Source: Octopus bimaculoides | Lineage: Eukaryota | Reading direction: 5' to 3' | Length of the DNA stretch: 64,000 nt | Assembly: GCF_001194135.2 (NCBI RefSeq) | Contig: NC_068988.1 | Span: 50,312,595 to 50,376,594, forward strand | In this document: piece by piece, positions 27,446-39,303 of the stretch | Layout: each line of letters begins with the position of its first letter | Numbering within the stretch: the first letter of the stretch is position 1 | Position numbers and translations under genes: made by a program | Notes under the pieces: generated by a model | Told to the model about the DNA's origin: nothing | Databases searched by the model: none | The model's input: the letters and a program-made list of their open reading frames with translations, nothing else

Positions 27446-27596
27446 ACTGTTCCCATGGTAATTAGTGCACTTATCACAATGCCCAAATTGCTATCTAAGA
27501 GGCTGAAGGATATTGGAATTGCGACATCTATTGTTGATCTACAGAAAAGTACCATCCTGTATTTTGCAAGAATCTTAATATTCCTGAGATTCAAGA
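27446..27596 (+). mobile_element. R4/Dong-type LINE C-terminal remnant, third subfamily
   Basis: TVPMVISALITMPKLLSKRLKDIGIATSIVDLQKSTILYFARIL, homologous to the two RLE C-termini above. Confidence 0.6.
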
Positions 27597-27915
27597 AAAT
27601 CTATTGTTACCAAACCTCAAGATAATGTCCCTGTTAATTAAATTAGCATGTAATAGCTTTTGTATTATAATGATAAAAATTGTTTCAAATTTTGCCACAA
27701 GGCCAGCAGTTTTTGAGTGGAAGGTTAGTCGTTTACATCAACCCCAGTACTTGATGAAAGCAAAGTTGACCTCAAGAGCTATTTGTATTCAGACCATAAG
27801 GAGCCAGAAAAAAGGCCCGCTCGCTATTTTGTCTAATGCATCTGCCAGCTCACTGTATAACAATAATAATCCTTTCTACTATAGACACAGTGCCTGAAAT
27901 TTTATGGAGAGGGAG

Positions 27916-28323
27916 CAGGGCCGGATTAAGATCCTTAGAGGCCCTAAGCAGTTAAAAGATTTTGGTGCTCCCATATATATGTAATTCAAAATATAAAAAA
28001 ATGATAATCTATAAAGTAAATTATTTATTTTTCAAAATGAAACAAAGCTAACAGTAAGATAGAAAATGTTTATTTTTATACACTTTCACTTAATATATAT
28101 ATAAAAAGTTTGTTTTTTTTAATTGCAAAATCTTCAATCAGATCCTCCTTATGATACCATGAACACTTCAAAATTATATTTCTGATGATATAAACCATCT
28201 CGAATAGCAAGTTTGAAGTGGTGACTTTTGTGCTGTAAACCATTTACAATTTCTGTGGTACCCCCACTTCCTTTGATGCCCTAAGCACTCACTTATTTTC
28301 CTTAATGGTTAAATCCAGCACTG
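27916..28323. mobile_element. hAT-like internally deleted DNA transposon nested in a SINE-D
   Basis: Imperfect TIRs cagggccggattaa / ttaaatccagcactg, subterminal gccctaagca twice, and reverse-strand KEDLIEDFAIKKNKLF resembling an hAT transposase C-terminus. SINE-D halves lie on each side; the TSD is unclear. Confidence 0.6.
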
Positions 28324-28520
28324 GGCGGAGGTTAGTCGAAAGGATGACAGGTAAAGTCAACCTCAACAGAGTTTGAACTCAGATTATAAATGATGATGAT
28401 AATCCTTTCTACTATAGGCACAAGGACTGGCATTTTAAAGGAGGGGATAAGTTGAATACATCAACCCCAGTGCATAACTGGTACTTATTTCAAAGCAAAG
28501 TCAGTACAAATAATAATTTC

Positions 28521-28920
28521 TAGGCATGGCTGTGTGGTAAAAAGCTTACTTCCCAACCACATGGTTCCAAGTTCAGTCCCACTGCGTGGCACCTTGGGCA
28601 AGTGTCTTCTATAGCCTCGGGCCAACCAAAGCCTTGTGAGTGGATTTGGTAGATGGAAACTGAAAGAAGCCCATTGTGTGTATATATATATATATATATA
28701 TGTATATGTTTGTGTGTCTGTGTTTTTTACCCCCACCATTGCTTGACAACCGATGCTGGTTTGTTTACGTCCTTGTAAATTAGCAGTTCAGCAAAAAGAG
28801 ACCGATAGAGTAAGTACTAGGCTTACAAAGAATAAGTCCTGGGGTTGATTTGTTCGACTAAAGATGATACTCCAGCATGGCCACAGTCAAATGACTGAAA
28901 CAAATTAAAGAATAGAATAA
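28521..28920 (+). mobile_element. SINE family A, full length
   Basis: Same head, core, microsatellite and tail organisation. Confidence 0.88.
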
Positions 28921-29156
28921 AAAATATGTACATAACTAGACATTTGGGTTGTAGAAAGGTTAATTTGATTATATTGACCCCTCTGCTATGCTGGTACTTT
29001 ATCAACCCTAGAAGGATGAAAGGTAAAGTCAGTCTCAATGGGATTTGAACTTTAGAATGTAAAGAGATGGAATAAATACCGAAAGCCATTTTGCCCAATG
29101 CTCCAGTGAATGATAAGTAGTAAGTGTGAAGAAAGGTGGTGGTGGTGGCAGTGGCG

Positions 29157-29157
<1 letters not shown>

Positions 29158-29226
<69 letters not shown>
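29158..29226 (+). repeat. (ATT)n trinucleotide tract, about 22 units
   Basis: Direct reading. Confidence 0.95.
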
Positions 29227-29227
<1 letters not shown>

Positions 29228-30904
29228 CGTTATTAAAACATCTTGACAAAATGAAAACAAAAATAGAAGAGGAAAACAATTACAGAAACAAGTAACTTCT
29301 CTCTTTCAAAATTCAATATGAAAAATATTGGAAGCAAACTTCCCTATTGAGCATTCCCGAACACGCCGTAATTATTAACAGAAAGCAACTGATTTGATCT
29401 GGGGGTTTGGTAGGAGAGTAAATGGGGGGAAGAGTAGTGGCAGGGCAGAATTGGGGTTGAATAGAGGGTGTGGTTCAGTGGAGGGGAGGCATAGGAAATT
29501 CAGTATGCCTCTCTACTTATTAATTACTTGCTGTGGCTAATTAGATTTGTTAACGAGGGCTTTGCCATGAGGCTCTAATGGGATGTTGAGGTGCAAGGTG
29601 GTGAAATAGTAGAGTGAGTTAATGGGAGGGGAGAGGAGAAGGTGGAGAGTGAAAGCAAGAAAATGAAAGAAATGTGTTAGGGCAGAGGAGTGAGGAAAGA
29701 GAGAGGGAACGAGACAGAAAGAGAAAGAGAGAGATGAAAACGAGGTGATGGTGTATTGCTTTTGATTGTTCTAGTGAGGAAACTTCATTAAAATTCAACT
29801 ACCTGCCAACATCAGCATAATCACCATCGCTGCTGCTACACTTTTACACTCCCTTTCACCACCACCATTTCATCATCATCATCATCACCATCATCATCAC
29901 CAACACTACCACCACCCTCCACAACTACCTCAACCAGAATTAACCATCACAATAACTACAACCATAACCAACAGCATTCATTCATCTTCTTCATCACAGC
30001 CACTGCTGCCTCCATGTAATTTCTACCTTGAAAACATTAACCGCTGCTACCACCACCACCAATCATAACTATGAACCACAGCCAACAGCATCAATTCCTT
30101 CATTATTATCACATTCCTGCCATCACAGTCATCATCATCCTGCATCGGCCATAACCACCATCACCAGAATCTTAACCACAACCTCTATTACAGATAGCAC
30201 CGACACTTGCCTCTTTACTTCAAATTCTATCGCTACTATATTATCATCACAGCTTTCACCATGGGCAATACTATTATCATTGCTATTCATTATGACCACA
30301 AACAATATCACTACCATCTGCACCAACATGGGAACCTCTATGTGATCACTCATGGTCATTGAGGCACACAAACCACTATGGCAACTAAAACAAATTGACT
30401 TCATTACTTATATTTAAGCCTAGTACTTCTTCGATCAGTTTCTTTTACCGCACTACTAAGTTACAGGGATGTTAATACACCAGCACCAGTTGTCAAGTGG
30501 TGGTGGTGGTGGTGGAGGGACAGATACACACACACATATATCTATAATACATTAAAAGTCAGATTGAATCTTGCTTGCTTGCTTGCTTGCTTGCAATGTT
30601 ACTCAGGCAAACTGGTGCATAATGGGAAAATACTATGGATAAAGTTTCCCTGAAACATAAATATGAGCGGAATGAAAAATATTTTGTGTAAATTGGATAA
30701 GTAGTTGTGAAGATATTAAAGGTTTCCAGGGTATAAATACCCCAAAACAGTACATAATGGGAAAAGTCTCTGAAAATAACTTAACGAAATTAACTCATCA
30801 CAGTCAACTGAAGTAAACAGGACAACTTCTATAGTCCCTCCTTAACCTCCAGCTTGCTCTTTTGTTAAAATCATCAGGTCCTCATGAGATAAACTTGTTA
30901 TAAC

Positions 30905-31092
30905 ACAGCTCTGCAGCCTTTTTTCACTTGTGGTATGCTTATATTCTTTTCAAAATTCAGTGGCACACCTGAACTAAAAATATAACTTATAGTGTAGGGA
31001 AAAAAAAGGTTATATTCAGGTTACACTGCAGCACACCTAGCATCGTTTCGTGGCACACCAGTGTGCTGTGGCATACCAGTTACAGAGCACTG
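30905..31092. mobile_element. Degenerate hAT-Charlie-type MITE
   Basis: Right end gtggcacaccagtgtgctgtggcataccagttacagagcactg followed by ctctatag (Charlie-like target). The left end is degenerate. Confidence 0.4.
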
Positions 31093-34000
31093 CTCTATAG
31101 GAACCTAGCATCTTAAACAAATAATCTTCTATGACTTCTTCAAACTTTATATCATTTGCCAGTGTGACAATATCTTGTTGAACTTTACTTGTAGATTTTC
31201 TGCTTTTGGAAAATCTGTAGATAAAGTCGGATCATATTTGTTTTGCCAAAGAATCATTTGTTGTTGAGGATTTAACTTCATCCCACAATTCAGCTTTGTT
31301 ATCTACTGCACTGCATTTATGGGTTGTTTTAACAGATATGCTTTGAAGTTACCTGTCACTACCTTTATCCACTGGCTGGAGCAAATAACCTGTTTACTAA
31401 GTAGCATGATGCATTACCTAAAAGGAGCAATACATTGTTGGAAATGTTATGCCTGGCAAACTTTCTCTTGGCAGCAGGAAAACAGCTGTAAAGCAGTTGG
31501 AAAAAGCTTTCCTATATGAATGTTCATATTATTAGCATAACCTTCAGAAGCCCCCTAGATTTTTGGACTGATATGATAGGAACTTTAATTGCATATGATG
31601 GTTTTACTTTACTAAAAATGAAAGTCCTACTTGGCATGCACATCCAGAAAATCTGTTTCATTTTTTTTTTTATGCGTATAACTCTTTCAACAATAATAGC
31701 ACACTCAGAGAGGAAACATTTTAAGTATCACCACAGATCTATAAAGTCAAATATTCAACAAACTAGTTTGTTGAACATCATCATCATCATCATTTAATAT
31801 CCATGTTTTATGCTGACATGGGTTGTAGAGTTTGACAGGATGCAATGGGTCCAAGGTCTTCATCATGCTCCAATGTCTACATGGTTTCTAAGGCTGGATG
31901 CTCTTCCTAACATCAACCACTTTACAACATTTACTGGGTGCTTTTTTTTTAATGCCACCAACACTATTGAGGTCACCATGCAGCTCACAAGACTACGAAT
32001 TCTGAGGGAGCATTTGATCTGATTTTCTTTTTACTGTCACATATTGCCTCCACTGTAAATGTTGCAAACTTTAATATTTTTCAATATGGCTAAGTTGTTT
32101 TCCTGCATCAAAGCTTTGTAAATAAGCATCAAGTTTAACGTTGAGTAACTCCTTCTTTTTGCATATCTACTTTCATTTCCACTTGATGGTCTTTTCCTAG
32201 TCATCTCAAATAAAGATAGTCTACTCTAGCTTCTGTTAAATCCAACAGTGACAGAAAAGAAATCAACACTCACCAGTAAAAGAGTAGAATTTGAGGACTT
32301 TAGTCATGTTTTGTGTTGGCAAAAAGTTGTTTTATTACATGAGATATGGAAAATACAAGAAAATGAAAGGGTGTAGGGGTGAAGTGCAAGGAAGTATTAT
32401 TTGACTAAGTTTTGTGTGTGTGTGTGTGTGTGTGAAGTATGAAGGCTGAAATAAAGACAATGGGGAGCAAAGGTTAGTAGCAAGACCCAGAACAGTTGAA
32501 TTGGTGCACACACAAGCAAGGCAAGTGGTACCAATCAAGAAGCGTGTAGGTATTAGCAGGTATGTTGTAATTGTGAGCAATGAAAAACAAAGTTAGTTGA
32601 ATGGGTTCATGCACCAACAAAATGGAATGGAAGAGGGGGTCATTTAAATACTACCAAGGTTTGGTCAAAGTATGTGTTGTGATTTTAACTTTTAAAATTG
32701 TCAAATTTTACCCAAGTTTTCTTGACGGTAGAATTACAGACTGTATCTCAGAATTATTAGTTTGCAGTTTCTTTATAATATCCGTAAGAAGAGAATTTCA
32801 TAAATAGTTTTTGTAATCATAGGGATGCTTGTACTTGTTCTTTTTATACATGTTTATACACCATAACAATGCATACATGTGTATATAACTTTTCTCACAT
32901 GTACACCACAAGTAGGTTTTCTAAGACAAGGTAGTAATATTCTTGGGTGAAGCATAAAAAATGTTATTTTTCTCACACTTTTCAATATAAAACTTCCTAC
33001 CTTATAAGAAATTAATATTATTATTCACTGTTCATCCACTTTGCTCTCCCTCTCTATTTCTCTAAATTATCAGTTTGGTTACATGTTTAGAGCCTACAAT
33101 TTTGCAGTTCATATCTTTACTAGCTTAGCATTTCCCTTGCTAAGATTGATTAGATTAAGAAAAAGGATGGAGAGATACCTCAAATATCAGTGGTAAAGCT
33201 GAATATTTCACAGGTTGTAGTTCAAACTGTCAATTTTAGTGCCTTTGTGAAGACATACCACAGATCTAGAATTGGGTCAGTTAAAAAGAAAAATTGTTTC
33301 TTCTTCCTGGCATTGTGGACAGAAAAGCCTCTACTATTCCATAAATGAGAAGTGTTCCCACCTGGGAATGGAAACCAAAGATCCATGAACTGCTCAGATG
33401 GTTCACATAAAATATTGTTGATAGGTTCTGTTGCCTAGACAACTATAACAAGAGCATTGCTGCTGAAGTAACACAAGAAGTGGAAAAGATTCTGGGAGCT
33501 TATACTTCTGTTTTCATCAAACAGTTTTCAGACTAATGAAGAAGTATGTAATTTTCTAGAAATAACACCCTAATTTTCCTTAAATTATATCTTTAGAGTA
33601 GAACACACTGGATGAAGTAATTTTAGATACTTTGTCTGAAAAATGATGCCATTGTCATGACTGAAGCATCTTTGTCCTTAAATCTGTTTGATTATGTTTG
33701 ACCTTGAGATGAACAACAACAACAAAGGGTTTTGTTGTGCAGAATTATTGTGTGGAGGGAAACATCTTGTTGAGACAGACTTCTGATACAAAAGGATAAT
33801 GACTACTGGGATGGAACTGAATCATCTGAACGATGTTGGTCCTCACAATAAGATATTTGTTCAAGACAAATGTAAATGTGTAATAGTGTTAACCTATTCA
33901 ACCCATGTTAGTAAGGTAAGCTTAAATGTTGAAATGATGAAACCTTTACCTTTCTATTTTGATTTCTATCAATCCATTTGTCTCACCTGCTCACCTATCA

Positions 34001-34396
34001 TTTTATTGTTCTCCCTGTCTATTGCTCTCTCTCTTTCTCTCTTTGGGCATACATAAATGCATATACTCTCACACACAAGCCTTAAGCAAGTATTGTTTCT
34101 TTTTACTTGCTTATTTCTTTCTTACTCTAGTTTGATAAGAAAATTCATCCAAGATGTCAGTCTAATTCTTTTTCCTTTTTTCAGTATACAATTCACATCT
34201 CTGAAGGTATTTTATTTGGTGGGGGGTTAACATTTTGTCCACTATCTTTTGAGTTTTTCTCTACCTGTTGTAACCTCTCATATTGTCCAAATGTCCAACT
34301 TTCATACCCTTCATTCCATTTATGTTATTTCACATATTAACACATATACACATATATTTTATATACATTTATATCGTATCTATCTCTCCACTGCAG

Positions 34397-34601
34397 CTGA
34401 ACGGATGGAAACAAAGGAGATGGTAGCCTTTGTATGTGAGAAAAACAACTTAACGCTGGACTGTGGAGACACCGGCATCATCAGAATAACCCGTGCCAAC
34501 TATGGTAGGTTCACCATCAACCAATGCAATTTCTTTGCACAAGTAGATGGTTGGAATATACAGTGTCACTCAAAACTCTCAAATATCGTTGCACGTGAAA
34601 G
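34397..34601 (+). CDS. Coding exon 2: N-terminal half of SUEL/RBL lectin domain (AERMETKEMVAFVCEKNNLTLDCGDTGIIRITRANYGRFTINQCNFFAQVDGWNIQCHSKLSNIVARE)
   Basis: Acceptor ctccactgcag, donor AAG|gtgagt at 34602, 205 nt, phase 1 to 2, ANYGR motif and 4 Cys. Confidence 0.95.
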
Positions 34602-35480
34602 GTGAGTACAGCTGGTATTAACTACTTTTAATCACTCCACTTTCATCCATTTGTTATTTTTATGGCACTGTATTTTTTATGCATTTATGTATGAATAAAT
34701 GTTTTTGCTAGCATATGTGTTTATATTGGCGTATGTATGTGTATCTGAATCAACCTGAGTGTGTCTCTTAGTCTTAATTAGTTCCTCCCGTACAGTTGGC
34801 TTGTACATCGGACAGCCAGAACATTGCCATTCATTTCGGTTTTGAGTGTAATTGCTTGATTCTTTAAAGAGTGTGTATGTCTAAATTAGCCTGTATAACA
34901 ATCTGAATGAACCTCTGTGTGTGTTTAAATTGGCCTGTGTCAGAGTAAACCTTTATGTATGTGTTTTGTTTTTGTTTTTCCTAATTGAATGAATGTATGA
35001 AATTCAGACATATTCATGATATTATAGACAATGTCTTATTTTTTGAGAATGACTGATTGTTGATAGGGTGGGTAACGGAAAATCCACTGTAGGGTGACTT
35101 CGTTCCTACTGTTTATGGCTAAAATAATTTGCTTTCTATTTTGTAAGTATTGATAATATCTGCATATGGTTCACTGTTGTAGACAGTAACATTACTGTAA
35201 TGTATTAGCTTCAACTGTTGCATTTGATGCAACAGGAAACGTGACCAGTGTTGGTCAGTTCAATATCTTATCCAGAACATTTGTCTCGTCGTTTTATTGC
35301 TACAGAAGTTAGAGTTGAATACTGTTGGCTTTATGATTTTTTAATGATTTGGAAAACACTTTAGCTTTTCAAATATTTTAATGTACATTTATTTTCACAC
35401 ACACATGCTAAAGAATCAATAACTTTGTGTTCCATCACTGTTTCCCTCACAATAATAAAATAATAATAATAATAATAACA

Positions 35481-35682
35481 ATCCCTTCTACTATAGGCAC
35501 AAGGCCTGAAATTTGTGAGAGGGAGACTAGTCAATTACATCAACCCTAGTGCTCATTGACCCCTGAAAGGATAAAAGGCAAAGTCAACCTTGGCAGAATC
35601 TGAACTCTGAGCTTAAAGACGGACGAAATGCCACTAAGCATTTTGCCTGGCGTGCTAACAATTCTGTCAGCTTACCGCCTTA
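35481..35682 (-). mobile_element. SINE family D, antisense copy downstream of lectin exon 2
   Basis: Reverse complement aligns over its whole length with 50080-50310. Confidence 0.85.
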
Positions 35683-36761
35683 TATGGTAATAATAGATAA
35701 CATTCAACTCTTGTTATTGCAGTCAGGGAATATGAGGAAGTTCAGCTCTTTAACCAGTGGTTAGTTCCAGTTACTGAACTCAAATCCTCACATAGAAATA
35801 AAGAGCTTCTCTATTTCAAGAGTGGCATTGGTGCAGGCTTGATTAAAAAGCTTGCTTTCCAACCATGTAGTCTTTGATTCAGTCCCACTGCAAAACACAG
35901 TATTTTGGGGAAGTGTCTTGTGAGTGAATTTGGTAGATGGAAACTGAAAGAAGCCCCTCATATATGTGAGTATGTATCCTTGTACAGATATCACATGATG
36001 ATTGTAAAAGGAGCATCATCATCATCATGAGTGAGATTGCGTCTCCAGTCTTCTTTGAAATGCATGTCTAGCTAGGAGAAAATATTACCATGCTTAGAAA
36101 CAGTTGAGGCTTAGCAACAGGAAAAGCATCCAGCTGTAGAAAATTTGCCTCAGAAAATCCCATCTGACCCATGCAAGTGTGGAAATGTGGACATTAAGAT
36201 AGCATTTAACTTCTTAGTACATGAGATCCTAGTGAAGTATCTAACTCCTCCAGCTCCTTCTTTCTAATATGACAACAAAACTATTCACAGGTTTTCAAAA
36301 TGTAAAGTGTATTTTGGCATGCAACAATGCTCATGTTACTTTTGTTTCAAACCTATTAACACGATGCACAAGATATTACATTTGTAATAGTATTTACATT
36401 ACAAAGTATTACATTACAACTTTGAATGCCTTAAAAACTGGGTTATTCGCAGCCGCCAGTAAAATACAGCATTATCTGGTGGTAATTACATGATTTGTAT
36501 TTAAACCTATAACATCTATCCTCATTTTGTAAGACTGTATCAAAATTGCCCCCCCCCCACACACACACACACCCTGCCCCTTAGAATGGAGACTTTGTGA
36601 ATAGAGAAGCTGTTGTAATATCAATTCCGTCACCATAAACTAGGTATTAAGGAACCTTCTATGTGACTGTTTAAACTAGTAGAAATAGCAGTCAAAGCTC
36701 ATATGATTTACACCCTTACTTTCTTAAAGGGAAGGAAACGATATAATTTCAGATATATATC

Positions 36762-36882
36762 AGGAGTGGTTGTGTGGTAAGTAGCTTGCTTACCAACCAC
36801 ATGGTTCCGGGTTCAGCCTCGGGCCAACCAAAGCCTTGTGAGTGGATTTGGTAGACGGAAACTGAAAGAAGCCTGTCGTATA

Positions 36883-36923
<41 letters not shown>

Positions 36924-37225
36924 NNNNNNNNNNNNNNNNNNNNNNNNNNNNNNNNNNNNNNNNNNNNNNNNNNNNNNNNNNNNNNNNNNNNNNNNNNACG
37001 TATGTATGTTTGTGTGTCTGTGTTTGTCCCCCCCCCCCAACATTGCTTGACAACCAATGCTGGTGTGTTTACGTCCCCGTAACTTAGCGGTTCGGCAAAA
37101 GAGACCGATAGAATAAGTACTAGGCTTACAAAGAATAAGTCCTGGGGTCGATTTGCTCGACTAAAGGCGGTGCCCCAGCATGGCCACAGTCAAATGACTG
37201 AAACAAGTAAAAGAAAGTAAAAGAT
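36762..37225 (+). mobile_element. SINE family A with an internal deletion and an assembly gap in the microsatellite
   Basis: gttcag joins directly to cctcggg (core segment missing). N run at 36924-36997. Confidence 0.85.
36924..36997. other. Assembly gap (74 N)
   Basis: N run inside a SINE microsatellite. Confidence 1.
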
Positions 37226-37879
37226 AAGAGAAATCTGAAAAAGCGAAGGAATGCTTATAGCTGGAACACCTTTGACCATAAGATTTGAGGTGACAGAGAA
37301 AAACTAGACTCATGAAAACACAACTAGATTCCATTGAAAATAAAAAAATAGTTATTATGCATGTGTGAGTGTGGTCCTCATTAATTGTTGGTACATTAAT
37401 TGGCAGGTTAAGTCTACAATGTAAATTTGATTTCTTAAGTCATTTCAATTGCTTAGTCTTTGAACCTGTAATTGCTGGCTGTTTTCTCTACCAGTAGAGG
37501 AATGGGTTAGGGTGAATTAATTTACTCCAGACATGTTATAGAAGTTAGTATAATGACTCAGTGACATACTAAGGATTACAAGATATTTGCATTTTGTTTA
37601 TAACTGAATATGGTATTATCATCATTGTCATCATCTTTCATATTTTACAACTGCATTTCCATACTAGCCTGAGTTGGCTACTTCTGTTCCTATAAACTTT
37701 CTAGTTACTTGAGGTCCTATATCATCTGATATGTATGTATGTGTCTCTTCTATTTTTTTGTACTCAAGAACACAACGTGCTGCTCAGTTTGGGAATTGAG
37801 CCTACGATCTAAAAATCATGAGCGCAACACCTAAACTACTTGACCATGCACCTTCACACATATATGCATATATATATAT

Positions 37880-38445
37880 ATGTGTGTGTGTGTGTCTGTT
37901 TTTGTCCCCCACCCCTGCTTGACAACTGGTGTTGGTGTGTTTACATCTNNNNNNNNNNNNNNNNNNNNNNNNNNNNNNNNNNNNNNNNNNNNNNNNNNNN
38001 NNNNNNNNNNNNNNNNNNNNNNNNNNNNNNNNNNNNNNNNNNNNNNNNNNNNNNNNNNNNNNNNNNNNNNNNNNNNNNNNNNNNNNNNNNNNNNNNNNNN
38101 NNNNNNNNNNNNNNNNNNNNNNNNNNNNNNNNNNNNNNNNNNNNNNNNNNNNNNNNNNNNNNNNNNNNNNNNNNNNNNNNNNNNNNNNNNNNNNNNNNNN
38201 NNNNNNNNNNNNNNNNNNNNNNNNNNNNNNNNNNNNNCTGTTTTTGTCCCCCACCCCTGCTTGACAACTGGTGTTGGTGTGTTTACATCTCCATAATCTA
38301 GCGGTTCAGCAAAAGAGACCAATAGAATAAGTACCATGCTTAAAAACAAGAAAGTACTGAGCTTGATGCATTCAACAACAAAAAAATTCTTCAAGGCAGT
38401 GCTCCAGCATGGCTGCGATCTAATGACTGAAACAAGTAACCGATA
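37880..38445 (+). mobile_element. SINE family A 3' half interrupted by an N gap
   Basis: Family A 3' half. The same 53 nt flank the gap 37949-38237 on both sides. Confidence 0.8.
37949..38237. other. Assembly gap (289 N), probably an unmerged contig overlap
   Basis: 37896-37948 equals 38238-38290. Confidence 0.9.
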
Positions 38446-38914
38446 ATATGTGTGTATATGTATATATATGTGTGTGTGTGTGCTCACACACACCAGCTCC
38501 AAACACACATACATACACACATAATTGTGAAAACTGATTTTACAGATCTTCTTCCCATTAGATGTAAATATCATTAAGTCTTACCATATTTAGAGAACTG
38601 TCATTTTCCATCTGTCTAATTTGGAAATAATTTCTCATTCTTTATTTATCGTGTGAATGTGAGGAGAGAGATGTTTAATAATCAGGATTATGGTTCTATC
38701 TTTAGTTTCTTATTTTTAGTGTAAAAGGAAGTAGAATAGTTGCAACTGGCCTGGTTGATAAGTTATTGGACTACTGACTTGAAGAGTCAACAGTTCATTG
38801 CCCATTGGAGTTGTCCCTGTATCCCCCATCTCCCTTCTTATTAGTAATAACAAAAGGAAAAAAAAAGGTAATGTGAACTTATCGCATTCGGAAAAGGGGA
38901 AAAATACTAGGAAT

Positions 38915-39077
38915 GGCGTAGGAGTGGCTGTGTGGTAAGTAGCTTGCTTACCAACCACATGGTCCCGGGTTCAGTCCCACTGCGTGGCATCTTGGGCAAG
39001 TGTCTTCTACTATAGCCTCAGGCTGACCAAAGCCTTGTGAGTGGATTTGGTAGACGGAAACTGAAAGAAGCCTGTCG

Positions 39078-39108
<31 letters not shown>

Positions 39109-39303
39109 CTCTGTTTGTCCCCCTAACATCGCTTGACAACCGATGCTGGTGTGTTTACATCTCTGTAACTTAGCTGTTCGGCAAAAGAGACCAATAGAAT
39201 AAGTACTAGGCTTCGAAAGAATAAGTCCTGGGGTCGATTTGCTCGACTAAAGGAGGTGCTCCAGCATGACCACAGTCAAAAGACTGAAACAAGTAAAAGA
39301 GTA
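38915..39303 (+). mobile_element. SINE family A, full length
   Basis: Near-consensus copy. Confidence 0.9.

Noticed and set aside
28823-29295. Poly-Ile/Asn/Leu ORFs
   Set aside because: Translations of the (ATT)n tract.
36749-38574. ORFs containing X runs
   Set aside because: They read through N gaps inside SINEs.
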